DNA of 64,000 nucleotides from Candidatus Phycocordibacter aenigmaticus (GTDB taxonomy: Bacteria > Patescibacteriota > Minisyncoccia > Phycocordibacterales > Phycocordibacteraceae): NCBI GenBank assembly GCA_045401115.1, contig CP174359.1, positions 122,288-186,287 of the forward strand, given 5' to 3'. Positions 1 through 9,992 of the stretch are shown piece after piece. The position numbers were made by a program, and so were the translations under genes. Every line of letters begins with the position of its first letter. The stretch's first letter is position 1. The notes beneath the pieces are model-generated. The model saw only the letters and a program-made list of their open reading frames with translations. It did not search any database and was not told the DNA's origin.

Positions 1-2913
1 AAACACATATTCGGCGATAAACGGCGTGAAAGGTGCTAATAATTTTGCGGTTTCTCTAAGAACAAAACGTACCGTACTCAATGCAGCTGCGCAGTCCTCG
101 CTTTCTTCTTTAAAACGATCACGAGAACGTCGTGCATACCACGTAGAAAGGTCATCAATAAAACTCATAAGGGGTCGCGATGCACGATCCAACTCATAGC
201 GGTCCATATTGTGCCGTACCTCTGTTTCAGTTTCAGCAAGACGTGCCACAATCCATTGGTCTAACACATGCTGTGTATGTGGCACTGCATCATGCATACT
301 CTTTTCTCGGTACAATTCATACAGTGAAAGCACGTTTGTAAAACGACCAATGAGTTTTGAGGCAACTTCTGCGACACTCTTTTCGGTAAAACTAAAATCT
401 TCTGCTCGCACTGCCGGAGACGAAAGTAAGTAGTACCGGACGGCGTCAGCGCCGTACTGATCAACAATCTCCATAGGATCAGGATAATTCTTTAATTTCT
501 TCGACATCTTCTGCCCGTCCTCAGCCAGTACCGTGCCATTTACAATGACATTTTTATATGGCGCACGACCAAAGAGCCCGGTTCCTAACACTAAAAGCGA
601 GTAAAACCATCCACGTGTTTGATCCAACCCTTCGGCAATAAAGTCAGCTGGATATCCCTTCGTCTTTTTAAACCACCCTGTTTTCGGTTCAAATGTATCG
701 GTATTTTCAAATGGGTAATGCTGTTGCGCCAATGGCATCGAGCCTGACTCAAACCAACAGTCGAACACATCAGAAACACGTTCAAGCGACTCACCGGTTT
801 CATCAACAAGTTGCACCTCGTCAATATATGGCCGATGGAAATCAAGTTCGTAGTCGCGGTTATGCGGCAACGGCACAAAATCAATCTCTTTTGGCTCTCC
901 TTTTACTGGATAGCACGCCTCCCAATGAGCGACTGTTTCTTTTTTATCCAGCCCTTGCGTCACTGCCGCCAAAAGCGCCAACGGGTCGCCATGTGAAATG
1001 ATAAGTATTTTTTTGTTCTCATACTTTCCCTCAAGTTCATACAACACCTCCCCCATACGGCGCCGTACATCGTTCCAATTTTCACCACCCTCTGGAGCAT
1101 GTTCAAAACGGTCAAGACTGATCGGATATTTCGCAGCAAACTCCTTATACGGTGTTCCTTCCGCTACACCATGTTCCAATTCACGCACTCGCTCATCAAA
1201 CACCACCTGCTCTTTTGAAAGCCCAAGCTCTTTGGCAACCAGCTCCGCAGTCTGCCGGGCACGCAACACCGGCGACGCAATAATCAGATCCACACCGTTC
1301 AATTTCTCCTGTGCCGCACGACGCACGTCCTCTTCTCCTTTTGACGTCAGTGGGTACGGCGCGTCAAACGCATCAGTCACGATGCTTGGGGAAACATTTT
1401 TTTCACTCTCTCCATGCCGCATCACCATATATGTGTTTCCGGAACGTTTGGTATGTTTTTTTAAGTCATCCAAAGAACCGACAACCTTCATATCACCGGC
1501 AGTGTTTTTCCATACAGGAATTGGAGCGCCCCAATAACGCGCACGTGAGATAGACCAGTCACGCACATTCTCAAGCCAATTACCAAAACGCTTCTCTCCC
1601 ACCTCGGGCGGCACCCAATTAATTTTTTTATTTTCTGAAACGAGTGCGTCTTTTATTTTCTTTGTCTCAACAAACCATGAAGTGGTTGCGTAATTCAGTA
1701 GCGGTGTATCACAGCGCCAACAATGCGGGTATGAATGTGTAATTTTTTCCTTTTTAAAAAGTATCCCTGCATGCGCAAGATGTTTAATAATCTCAATATC
1801 AGTTGCCTGATGATCATCACGCGGTTTTACCTGCATACCCGCAAAATCAGAAACCGCTGATACGAACACACCTTCTTTATCTACATGATGTACGATCGGG
1901 ATGTTTTTTTCTTGTGCAAGCGCAAGGTCATCAGCACCAAACGCCGGGGCAAGATGCACAATACCGGTACCATCCTCAACAGTGACATAATCTGCATGAT
2001 ATATCTGCCACGCATGCTCTTTATGTTCAAGCGCATTATCTGTGTAGTAATTAAATGGTGGAATGTATTTTTTACCCACCAAGAAACTTCCTGCAACCTC
2101 ACGCTCAATCGTAGCGTCTTCAAAAAAGTCTTCGACGCGCTCTTTTGCCACATAAAAAATACCCTCGTCAGTTTTTACCGCAGCATATGTTATTTCGTTA
2201 TTAACCGCTGCAGCCATGTTCCCTGGGAGCGTCCATGGCGTTGTGGTCCACGCCAACACATAACTACCTGGTTCATCCACTAATTCAAGTTTTACGGTAA
2301 CAGAAAAATCTTTTATATCCTTATACCCCTGTGCTACCTCAAAGTTTGAGAGCGTCGTGCCACACCGTGGACACAGATGCATTGATTTAAACCCCTCATA
2401 CACCAATCCTTTACTGCGTAATTGTGCAAAAATCCACCAAATCGATTCCGTATATGTCCAATCCATAGTGCGGTAATCATTCTCCATATCAACCCACCGA
2501 CCAAAGCGCGGTACTACTTTTTTCCACTCATCTGCATAACGCAACACGGCACTCCGCGCAGCTTCATTAAATGTTTCAATTCCTAACTCTTCAATATCCT
2601 TCTTATTTTTAAGGCCAAGTTCTTTTTCTATCTGATTTTCCAATGGCAAGCCGTGTGTGTCCCACCCCCACCGACGCCGCACATGGTACCCACGCATAGT
2701 TTTATACCGCGGGATAGCGTCTTTAATGGTGCCTGCAAGTAAATGCCCATAGTGTGGCAACCCCGTAGCAAACGGTGGTCCATCATAAAATACAAATTCC
2801 TTCCCTCCTTCTGTTTGCGTGAGCGTTTGTTCAAAAATATTCTGTTCATTCCAAAACGCGAGCATCTCTTCCTCGCGCTTTGCGGTCTCCGATTTCTTTT
2901 GTTCGTCTGCCAT
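1..2913 (-). CDS. ileS: Isoleucyl-tRNA synthetase, N-terminal ~970 aa; the gene continues past the left edge of the window. Start ATG at 2913. Carries a ~200-aa histidine-phosphatase-like domain inserted in the catalytic core.
   Basis: Manual translation of the minus strand from 2913 gives MADEQKK...PPFATGLPHYGHLLAG (HIGH motif), GWDTHGLP, WTTTPWTLPGN, DWSISRARYWGAPIP and QKMSKKLKNYPDP (KMSKS motif) in one uninterrupted frame. The ORF track omits it because it has no in-window stop. RHGESEKN ... ILIISHGDP lies between PIPVW and FHRPYIDEV. Confidence 0.85.
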   Translation of the reverse strand, partial: MADEQKKSETAKREEEMLAFWNEQNIFEQTLTQTEGGKEFVFYDGPPFATGLPHYGHLLAGTIKDAIPRYKTMRGYHVRRRWGWDTHGLPLENQIEKELGLKNKKDIEELGIETFNEAARSAVLRYADEWKKVVPRFGRWVDMENDYRTMDWTYTESIWWIFAQLRSKGLVYEGFKSMHLCPRCGTTLSNFEVAQGYKDIKDFSVTVKLELVDEPGSYVLAWTTTPWTLPGNMAAAVNNEITYAAVKTDEGIFYVAKERVEDFFEDATIEREVAGSFLVGKKYIPPFNYYTDNALEHKEHAWQIYHADYVTVEDGTGIVHLAPAFGADDLALAQEKNIPIVHHVDKEGVFVSAVSDFAGMQVKPRDDHQATDIEIIKHLAHAGILFKKEKITHSYPHCWRCDTPLLNYATTSWFVETKKIKDALVSENKKINWVPPEVGEKRFGNWLENVRDWSISRARYWGAPIPVWKNTAGDMKVVGSLDDLKKHTKRSGNTYMVMRHGESEKNVSPSIVTDAFDAPYPLTSKGEEDVRRAAQEKLNGVDLIIASPVLRARQTAELVAKELGLSKEQVVFDERVRELEHGVAEGTPYKEFAAKYPISLDRFEHAPEGGENWNDVRRRMGEVLYELEGKYENKKILIISHGDPLALLAAVTQGLDKKETVAHWEACYPVKGEPKEIDFVPLPHNRDYELDFHRPYIDEVQLVDETGESLERVSDVFDCWFESGSMPLAQQHYPFENTDTFEPKTGWFKKTKGYPADFIAEGLDQTRGWFYSLLVLGTGLFGRAPYKNVIVNGTVLAEDGQKMSKKLKNYPDPMEIVDQYGADAVRYYLLSSPAVRAEDFSFTEKSVAEVASKLIGRFTNVLSLYELYREKSMHDAVPHTQHVLDQWIVARLAETETEVRHNMDRYELDRASRPLMSFIDDLSTWYARRSRDRFKEESEDCAAALSTVRFVLRETAKLLAPFTPFIAEYVF

Positions 2914-3166
2914 ATAGCCTTCTTATAATATCACTTACCTATCTTGAGTAATAAAAAACCTCCCGCGTTGCAGAAGGTTGGTGGTGCACAATCATTACCT
3001 CCCGCGTTGCGGCTAGATAATAATTGCGATGATAGCGCGTGCTGTCATAAACCCTCTTATCATACGTGTGCTCACTAAGCTGTCAAACGCCTCTTCTGTT
3101 CAATACTTGGTACTACAATCCGCTTGTGTGGTAGATCCAAAAAGGAGTTCTAAAACCAGACAAGGT

Positions 3167-3447
3167 TCGAGATGCTAAGGTTTTTTACCATGAGCCGTAC
3201 TTTGTAGATACGGTGAGTAGTATACAAACCAAAAGCAATGAAGAAATTCACGTGTTTAAGGATTTTTTAAACGCGATGAAATGCAAGGCATCAACAAAAG
3301 CAGTCCACGTGTTGCGCAATGCTCAGGAGATATAAAACAAGATGAAGTTCGAGACGCTAAGGTTTTTTACCATGAGCCGTACTGTTAGCTACGGCGAATG
3401 GTAAAAAGACCGAAAGCAACGAAGAAATTCGCTTGTTTTATATCTCC
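3167..3447. repeat. Two tandem ~100-bp imperfect direct repeats (3167-3268 and 3346-3447) in the argS-ileS intergenic region. The second copy is bracketed by a perfect 16-bp inverted repeat (3326-3341 ggagatataaaacaag / 3432-3447 cttgttttatatctcc) immediately after the argS stop.
   Basis: Shared 37-bp core gttcgagaYgctaaggttttttaccatgagccgtact, then ~80% identity. Copy B contains a hairpin ACCATgaGCCGTA...TACGGCgaATGGT flanked by a T-run and an A-run. Confidence 0.6.
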
Positions 3448-3449
3448 GC

Positions 3450-5144
3450 CTACATCCGCTCAGGCGCTTCAATACCCAACAACCACAACCCATTCTCCAT
3501 CGTATGCGCAAACGCACGCACTACAGAAAGGTAGTACGCTTCGTGCTCACTGCCGATAATACGGTTCGCGGTATACCAACTATTAAATGCGCTCGCCAAC
3601 TCAGTCAAATAGTTTGTAACATAGTGTGGTTCATACTCGCGCGCGGCACGCTCAACCATATCAGGGAAACGCAACAACAAGCGCTCCATTTCACTTATGT
3701 CCTCAGGTCCCGACGCCGCATCGTCTAGAGCACCATCCTTACCGTCCGCTTTTTCAAGTACACTCTGCGCGCGCACGTAGCTGTACTGCAGGTATGGCCC
3801 CGAATCCCCGTCAAACGAAAGCGCTTTCTCAGGGTCAAATGTAATATTCTTACTTTTTGCTTGTTTTAAAATACCGTACTTAATAGCTGCTACCGCAACC
3901 GCATTCACTATCGCATCTTTTTCACTTCCTAAATCTCGCTCGGCAGTCTGCTCCTCGACTGCACTACGCATATCAGTAATGAGCCCTTCTCCTGAAATAA
4001 TATTTCCCTTCCGAGAAGACATTTTTCCTGAAACCAACTGCATCATCCCGAATGTTGCATGTGTATATACTCCCTCCATTTCGGGCCACAGTTCATACAA
4101 TGCACCACGCACTACTTTGAAAAACGTATCCTGCTCTACCGCAACTGTTGTGATATTCAAATCGTACGGCACAATATCGTACTTCACTTTCGCCAACCCT
4201 AATTCTTTAGTCTCATATGTTGGCAGACCCTTACTGGTTATAAACACGCGCGTATGCGCTCCCACCTTTTCTCCTTTGTATACGGTTGCACCATCGCTTT
4301 CTTCAAACACACCCGTCGAAAGCCCCTTCTGCACCATATCCAATCCAACCGATGCGGTTTCAGTTTCAAACGCATAGTGGTCATACCGTGTCCCCAGCGC
4401 GTTATAAATACCTTCAAACGCATCGAGGGATGCTTTGCGTCCCTTTTGATACACCTCGTTCTGTGTAAGATCCTCCTCGTACAATTTTTTATTCAAAGCA
4501 TCAATCTCTTCTTTTGCGTCGGGGTCATTCTCATACGCTTCGTTCCCTGCGACATATGCCGCACCAAGCGCGGTAACATCTTCTGGAGAACCACCAATCT
4601 TAACAAGCCCCCAAACACCTTTGGCAACATGCAGTCCAATATCTCCTTGATAATTAAAACGCACCACATGCGCACCTGAATATTCAATCAAACGCGAGAT
4701 AGCTTCACCAACTGAAATCGACATTAAATGTCCGATATGGAATGGTTTAAATATATTCGGCTGCCCATACTCAACCACCACCTGTTTGTTTTTAAACACC
4801 TCATTCTTCCCAAACTCCGCATCAACACCATGGACCACTTGAGCAATATACTCCCGGCTCAAGGTGAAATTAATAAAACCGGGCCCTGCCGGCTCTATCT
4901 TTGACACTCCCTCTATAGTACCCAGTTCAGCAATAATGTTCTCCGCCAACACACGTGGGTTCTCTCCTGCCTTTTTCGCCGCAACCATGGCCGCATTCGT
5001 CGCAAAGTCACCATGCGCCATGTCCGCTGGATATTCAAGTTCCACCGCAACTCCTTCTAAATCAAGCGCATTGAGTGCTTGATGTATCTTTTCTTTAAGT
5101 ACCTCTTGCATCTTTTGCATTATACAAGGATACAGTGTCGGCAC
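3450..5144 (-). CDS. argS: Arginyl-tRNA synthetase
   Basis: 564-aa ORF with PFHIGHLMS (HIGH) and class I ArgRS-like architecture; the true start may be the internal MQKMQEV. Confidence 0.9.
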   Translation of the reverse strand: MPTLYPCIMQKMQEVLKEKIHQALNALDLEGVAVELEYPADMAHGDFATNAAMVAAKKAGENPRVLAENIIAELGTIEGVSKIEPAGPGFINFTLSREYIAQVVHGVDAEFGKNEVFKNKQVVVEYGQPNIFKPFHIGHLMSISVGEAISRLIEYSGAHVVRFNYQGDIGLHVAKGVWGLVKIGGSPEDVTALGAAYVAGNEAYENDPDAKEEIDALNKKLYEEDLTQNEVYQKGRKASLDAFEGIYNALGTRYDHYAFETETASVGLDMVQKGLSTGVFEESDGATVYKGEKVGAHTRVFITSKGLPTYETKELGLAKVKYDIVPYDLNITTVAVEQDTFFKVVRGALYELWPEMEGVYTHATFGMMQLVSGKMSSRKGNIISGEGLITDMRSAVEEQTAERDLGSEKDAIVNAVAVAAIKYGILKQAKSKNITFDPEKALSFDGDSGPYLQYSYVRAQSVLEKADGKDGALDDAASGPEDISEMERLLLRFPDMVERAAREYEPHYVTNYLTELASAFNSWYTANRIIGSEHEAYYLSVVRAFAHTMENGLWLLGIEAPERM

Positions 5145-5189
5145 CAGTAACGTTTGACAAACACACTAAAAAAATACATTCTAATCACC

Positions 5190-5420
5190 ATGAATAAAGA
5201 ATCTATAAGTGTCTGGAGAGGGTTGGAAGCTTTTGCTGGCATAGTTGGTGTTTTTACCACCCTGCTTCTTCTCGACAGCGTTGGTGATGCCGAAGAGTGG
5301 TACGATCTTCTTGAAGACCACGATTCTGCAGAAAGCTTACCCGAGCTTCTCTTTGCTGAAGCAGGCATTCTTGGGGTCATGGCTCTCTCAGAGGTAATGC
5401 ATAGAATCACCCGCAACTAG
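5190..5420 (+). CDS. Small hypothetical protein (~76 aa), acidic C-terminal half
   Basis: ORF 5154..5420; plausible start MNKESISVWRG. Followed by the bidirectional terminator-like hairpin aaaaaccaccgcactgcggtggttttt at 5437-5463. Confidence 0.35.
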   Translation: MNKESISVWRGLEAFAGIVGVFTTLLLLDSVGDAEEWYDLLEDHDSAESLPELLFAEAGILGVMALSEVMHRITRN

Positions 5421-5487
5421 TGCCCATCCTAAACAAAAACCACCGCACTGCGGTGGTTTTTAAATATAAAGGACTGTCCTTTATATT

Positions 5488-6747
5488 TTATACAAACGTA
5501 TCAGGAATCGGGAATTTCCCGGCAAGGGTACGGATCTCATCACGTACACGCTCTTTGACTGATGCATCATCTTTATTTTTAAGCACTTCGAGCATCAACT
5601 CGGCCACACGTGTACACTCTGCTTCACCAAACCCACGCGTGGTAATAGCAGGGGTACCAAAGCGAATGCCTGACGGATCAAGTGGTTTACGCGGATCATC
5701 AGCAATCACGTTCTTATTAAGCGTGATACCCACCTCGTCCAACACATGCTCCGCGTCCGCGCCGGTGATTCCGAGTGAACCGTACACATCCGCCAAAATA
5801 AGATGGTTACTGGTTCCCCCACCGAGCATACGTACACCAGCTTTCTCAAACACACCTGCCATAGCGTGTGCATTCTGAATGACTTGACCGGCATAAACTT
5901 CAAAGCTGGGCTGCAGCGCCTCACCAAAAGCAACCGCTTTAGCAGCAATCACATTCATGTGTGGACCACCTTGGAGACCTGGAAATACTGCCTTATCTAT
6001 TTTCTTTGCGATATCAGCATCCTCACGCACGAGTACCATGCCACCACGTGGACCGCGCAGTGTTTTATGCGTCGTGGTCGTCATCACATCAAAACCTGCA
6101 TCAAATGGGTTGCGCAGTGCCTTGCCGGCGATAAGTCCGGCAATATGCGCGATGTCGAACACCGCCAACGCTCCCACTTCCCGCGCGATGGATACAAACG
6201 CGTCATAATCCAGTTCACGTGAGTACGCAGAAAAACCAGCAAGCACCATCTTCGGTTTTTCCCGTTTCGCCACTTCACGCATCTCGTCATAATCAATCTC
6301 CCCTGTTTCAGGATCTTTCATTTTATAGCGGACGAAATTATAAATCTTTGCCGGCAGTGTTACCGGGTGCCCATGCGTTAAGTGTCCGCCATGCGACAGG
6401 TCCATGCCCAACACTGTGTCCCCTGGTTCGAGAAGCGCCGCGTACATGGCAAGATTTGCGGGCGCACCCGAGAGCGGCTGCACATTTGCATAGCTACAGT
6501 TAAATAATTCTTTCGCGCGATCGCGTGCAAGGTTCTCTACGACGTCGGTATATTCCTGCCCGCCATAGTACCGAGCGCCCGGGTACCCTTCCGAGTATTT
6601 GTTGGTCATCACGCTTCCCAGCGCTTCGCGCACAGGTCGTGATACATAATTTTCAGAAGGAATAAGTTCGAGCCCTTCCGCTTGACGCTTTTCTTCGTTG
6701 GTAATTGCGCCTGCTACTGCTTCATCTTGTGTGTTCAGAAAATCCAT
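5488..6747 (-). CDS. glyA: Serine hydroxymethyltransferase
   Basis: 419 aa; TTTTHKTLRGPRGG PLP-lysine motif; SHMT N-terminal YSEGYPGARYYGG. Confidence 0.93.
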   Translation of the reverse strand: MDFLNTQDEAVAGAITNEEKRQAEGLELIPSENYVSRPVREALGSVMTNKYSEGYPGARYYGGQEYTDVVENLARDRAKELFNCSYANVQPLSGAPANLAMYAALLEPGDTVLGMDLSHGGHLTHGHPVTLPAKIYNFVRYKMKDPETGEIDYDEMREVAKREKPKMVLAGFSAYSRELDYDAFVSIAREVGALAVFDIAHIAGLIAGKALRNPFDAGFDVMTTTTHKTLRGPRGGMVLVREDADIAKKIDKAVFPGLQGGPHMNVIAAKAVAFGEALQPSFEVYAGQVIQNAHAMAGVFEKAGVRMLGGGTSNHLILADVYGSLGITGADAEHVLDEVGITLNKNVIADDPRKPLDPSGIRFGTPAITTRGFGEAECTRVAELMLEVLKNKDDASVKERVRDEIRTLAGKFPIPDTFV

Positions 6748-6805
6748 ATCTTTATATAAGGTTAAGAGAAAATAATAAAAAGATGTGGAGGTGTTATGTC
6801 ATACG

Positions 6806-7444
6806 TCACTGTATTTCTTTCATAATAACGTGCTTAACTGCCTCACGCACTTCATCTTGTGTCTGCCCAGCATCAATAATTGTGTGTGGACGCTCAGCTA
6901 AGTACTCTTTCATACCAATGCGCACATTTTGATGAAACTCAAGCTTCTTATCATCAAAAACATTATTATCCTCTGCCGCTCCATTCCTGCGTGCAATCCC
7001 TATTTCAGGGTCAACATCAAGTAAAATCGTATGGTCAGGTATTGCACCATCGACCGCCAGTGCATCAACACGAAGAAAGAAATCTTTATACGCATCACTT
7101 CCTCCCGCAATTATTTGATAGGCATATGTTGAAGCAGAAAAACGATCACAAATAACATGGGTCCCCTCTTTAAGGGCAGGAATCACTTTATTTAAAACAT
7201 GTTCACGACGCGCTGCTTCAAAAAGTAAAATCTGTGTGAGCGAGTCTAAATCATCATCCCGATGTTTTAAAATAACTTCACGAATTTCTTCTGCATTAAA
7301 TGTTCCACCTGGTTCGCGAGTGAAAAGTATATGCTCTGCGCTCAGTTCATCCTTCAACCACGAAATAGCACTTGATTTTCCTGCCCCTTCACCGCCTTCA
7401 AGTACTATAAATTTTCCTTTCATATTATCGATTGTCTCCTTCAC
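6806..7444 (-). CDS. tmk: Thymidylate kinase
   Basis: 212 aa; P-loop LEGGEGAGKSS. Confidence 0.88.
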   Translation of the reverse strand: MKETIDNMKGKFIVLEGGEGAGKSSAISWLKDELSAEHILFTREPGGTFNAEEIREVILKHRDDDLDSLTQILLFEAARREHVLNKVIPALKEGTHVICDRFSASTYAYQIIAGGSDAYKDFFLRVDALAVDGAIPDHTILLDVDPEIGIARRNGAAEDNNVFDDKKLEFHQNVRIGMKEYLAERPHTIIDAGQTQDEVREAVKHVIMKEIQ

Positions 7445-7778
7445 TTTTTATAACATCACGCTTTGCACGGTCGGCAAGTTTGGCAATATTCGCTTCTGCA
7501 ACATCATCAAAAGAAATACCGAGAGCATCCGCAAACTGCGAAAGATACCACAGCACATCACCAAGTTCTTTTTTAAGATCTTCGCGCTTCTCGTCCGTAA
7601 CCACACCATCATCATTGCGCACCACCTTTTTTAATTTTTCCACAACCTCTCCTGATTCACCGGCAAGCCCCATCGAAAGATACATCAACATAAATTGTGC
7701 CCCTTTCTCTGTTTGAGTGTTCGTGCTCGACGCTTTGGTTTGATAGTCGTTAAAATCCATATTCAATCTCTGATACAC
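7425..7778 (-). CDS. MazG-like all-alpha nucleoside triphosphate pyrophosphohydrolase (paralog 1)
   Basis: 117 aa; [16 protein letters not shown] ... ELGDVLWYL, typical of the MazG/NTP-PPase fold. Confidence 0.7.
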   Translation of the reverse strand: MYQRLNMDFNDYQTKASSTNTQTEKGAQFMLMYLSMGLAGESGEVVEKLKKVVRNDDGVVTDEKREDLKKELGDVLWYLSQFADALGISFDDVAEANIAKLADRAKRDVIKSEGDNR

Positions 7779-7787
7779 TATACCCTG

Positions 7788-8621
7788 ATGGAACAGCAGT
7801 ATCTAGACCTTCTCCAAAATATCCTTACAAATGGGTCCGATCGCATGGACAGAACCGGTGTGGGTACCCGCGCCTTGTTTGGACACCAAATGCGCTTTGA
7901 TCTAGCACGTAGTTTCCCTGCAGTTACTACCAAAAAACTCGCTTTTAAGGCAGTAAAGAGTGAGTTGTTATGGTTTTTAGAAGGGTCACGTGATGATAAC
8001 CGCTTGAAAGAATTAAACGGGAGCGAAAAAACAATTTGGACAGCCAACGGTGAAGCTGACTACTGGAAACCAAAAGCGCAGTTCCCGGGCGATCTGGGGC
8101 GTGTGTATGGGGTGCAGTGGAGAAGCTGGCAAAAACCGGACGGTGGCACCGTCGATCAAATTGCAGAAGTGATTGAGAAAATTAAAACCAACCCGACCGA
8201 CCGACGACTTATCGTCACCGCCTGGAACCCCGGAGAACTTGATCAAATGGCACTACCGCCGTGCCACATGTTCTTCCAATTTTTTGTTGCTGATGGCAAA
8301 CTTTCGCTCTTTATGCACCAAAGAAGTTGTGACATGTTCCTTGGGGTACCGTTTAATATTGCCTCGTATTCACTCCTCCTCGCGATGGTGGCACAGGTCA
8401 CCGGCCTTGAAGCTGGGGAATTTGTGCACTCACTTGGCGATGCACATATCTATAACAACCATTTTGATCAAGTGAAAGAGCAGCTCACCCGTGAACCACT
8501 TACGCCGCCAACACTCTGGCTTAACCCTGAAGTGAAAGATATCGACGGCTTTACCATGGACGATATCAAGCTTGAAAACTACGAACACCATCCGCCTATT
8601 AAAGCCGAGATGGCAGTATAA
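7788..8621 (+). CDS. thyA: Thymidylate synthase (ThyA type)
   Basis: [13 protein letters not shown]...[10 protein letters not shown]...[11 protein letters not shown]...; in-frame ATG at 7788 within ORF 7695..8621. Confidence 0.93.
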   Translation: MEQQYLDLLQNILTNGSDRMDRTGVGTRALFGHQMRFDLARSFPAVTTKKLAFKAVKSELLWFLEGSRDDNRLKELNGSEKTIWTANGEADYWKPKAQFPGDLGRVYGVQWRSWQKPDGGTVDQIAEVIEKIKTNPTDRRLIVTAWNPGELDQMALPPCHMFFQFFVADGKLSLFMHQRSCDMFLGVPFNIASYSLLLAMVAQVTGLEAGEFVHSLGDAHIYNNHFDQVKEQLTREPLTPPTLWLNPEVKDIDGFTMDDIKLENYEHHPPIKAEMAV

Positions 8622-8651
8622 AAAACAAAAGCGCATAACTGCGCTTTTGTT

Positions 8652-8972
8652 TTAAGGATCGTCACGTGTTGGCACGCGCACTACTGCACCGTTGTCGAGC
8701 TTCTTATACTCGCGTTTCTCATTTATTTCAATTTTACGTTTTATCTCCTCCTCTAAATCAAAATCAAGTATTTCTGAAACACCAAGCAAGAAGATAGCGA
8801 CATCCGCCAACTCTTCAGCAACACCATCTTCTTTAAGGTTATATTTTTTAAATGCTTCAGAAAGTTCTTCATGCGCACGACAAAACTCCATTGCCACATC
8901 AGTTGTATTAAACCCTTTTTGCACTTTGTTTGCGTAGACACGCTTCTGTAATTTTTTTAAATCAACAGTCAT
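8652..8972 (-). CDS. MazG-like nucleotide pyrophosphohydrolase (paralog 2)
   Basis: 106 aa; EELADVAIFLLGVSE motif of the all-alpha NTP-PPase family. Confidence 0.6.
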   Translation of the reverse strand: MTVDLKKLQKRVYANKVQKGFNTTDVAMEFCRAHEELSEAFKKYNLKEDGVAEELADVAIFLLGVSEILDFDLEEEIKRKIEINEKREYKKLDNGAVVRVPTRDDP

Positions 8973-8974
8973 AG

Positions 8975-9451
8975 TTACTGGTTTTCGTACTGTTCCACTT
9001 TGTTATCAATAATTTCAAGTGCCACTCCAGCTTCAGTAAACACTTCTTTTGAACGGGCGGCTGCATGATAGTCTTTCTGCGCAACCACACGCACAATACC
9101 CGCGTTAATAATCATTTTTGCGCAGGTGTAACACGGTGTCATGTTGCAGTATAACGTCGCACCATCAAGCGCCACCCCGTCACGCGCAGCGAGTGCAATG
9201 GCATTTTGTTCTGCATGTGTTGTACGAATACAATGTTGTGACTCATGTCCATCGTCATGCACTACCGTATGCATTTCATGCCCTACTTCGTCACAGTCCT
9301 TACACCTCATCGGCGCACCAACATAACCACTTGAAAGAATGCGCCGGTCGCGTACTATCACCGATCCTGAACGTCCCCGATCACACGTTGCTCGTCCAGC
9401 AATCGCTTTGATCATTTCAAGAAAATATTCATCCCATGTTGGTCGACTCAT
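8975..9451 (-). CDS. dCMP deaminase (cytidine/deoxycytidylate deaminase zinc-binding family)
   Basis: 158 aa; HAEQNAI ... PCYTCAKMI zinc-ligand motifs (dCMP-deaminase type, not TadA type). Confidence 0.85.
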   Translation of the reverse strand: MSRPTWDEYFLEMIKAIAGRATCDRGRSGSVIVRDRRILSSGYVGAPMRCKDCDEVGHEMHTVVHDDGHESQHCIRTTHAEQNAIALAARDGVALDGATLYCNMTPCYTCAKMIINAGIVRVVAQKDYHAAARSKEVFTEAGVALEIIDNKVEQYENQ

Positions 9452-9473
9452 TTACTTGGTATTATAACGTAGT

Positions 9474-9968
9474 ATGAGTAGACCGCCCATTACCCTCGTT
9501 GCAGCCATCGGAAAAAACCGGGAAATCGGAAAAGGTCCTGATTTGCTGTGGCGCCTCAAAGGCGACCTTCAGCGTTTTAAAGCCGTTACCACCGGCGCGC
9601 CTATCATTATGGGCCGTAAAACATATGAATCTATCGGTAGACCACTCCCAAAGCGAGTAAACATTGTCATCACTCGCGATACCTCATTCAAAAAAGACGG
9701 TGTGGTGACGGTACACTCAGTTGAACGCGCCCTTGAAGTAGCGACAAATCTCAACCCTGAACAAATATTTGTGATCGGCGGCGGCGAGATATACCGCCAC
9801 ACACTCCCTTATGCCGACACACTCGACCTCACCCGCATTGATGCTGAGGACCCCGATGCGGATGTGTTCTTTCCACCATTTGAAGACAAGTTCATCAAAA
9901 AATCCGAAGAGGAACCCCAAGAAGAAAACGGCATCTCTTACCAGTGGGTAACCTACGTACGAAATTAA
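9474..9968 (+). CDS. folA: Dihydrofolate reductase
   Basis: 164 aa; VAAIGKNREIGKGPDLLWRLKGDLQRFKAVTTGAPIIMGRKTYESIG. Confidence 0.9.
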   Translation: MSRPPITLVAAIGKNREIGKGPDLLWRLKGDLQRFKAVTTGAPIIMGRKTYESIGRPLPKRVNIVITRDTSFKKDGVVTVHSVERALEVATNLNPEQIFVIGGGEIYRHTLPYADTLDLTRIDAEDPDADVFFPPFEDKFIKKSEEEPQEENGISYQWVTYVRN

Positions 9969-9992
9969 AAAAGCCATCGTTAGATGGCTTTT

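Noticed and set aside
209-2849. Several short ORFs listed on both strands (e.g. 998..1537, 1885..2283, 2628..2849).
   Set aside because: All lie inside or antisense to the continuous ileS reading frame, which is missing from the ORF track only because it lacks an in-window stop.
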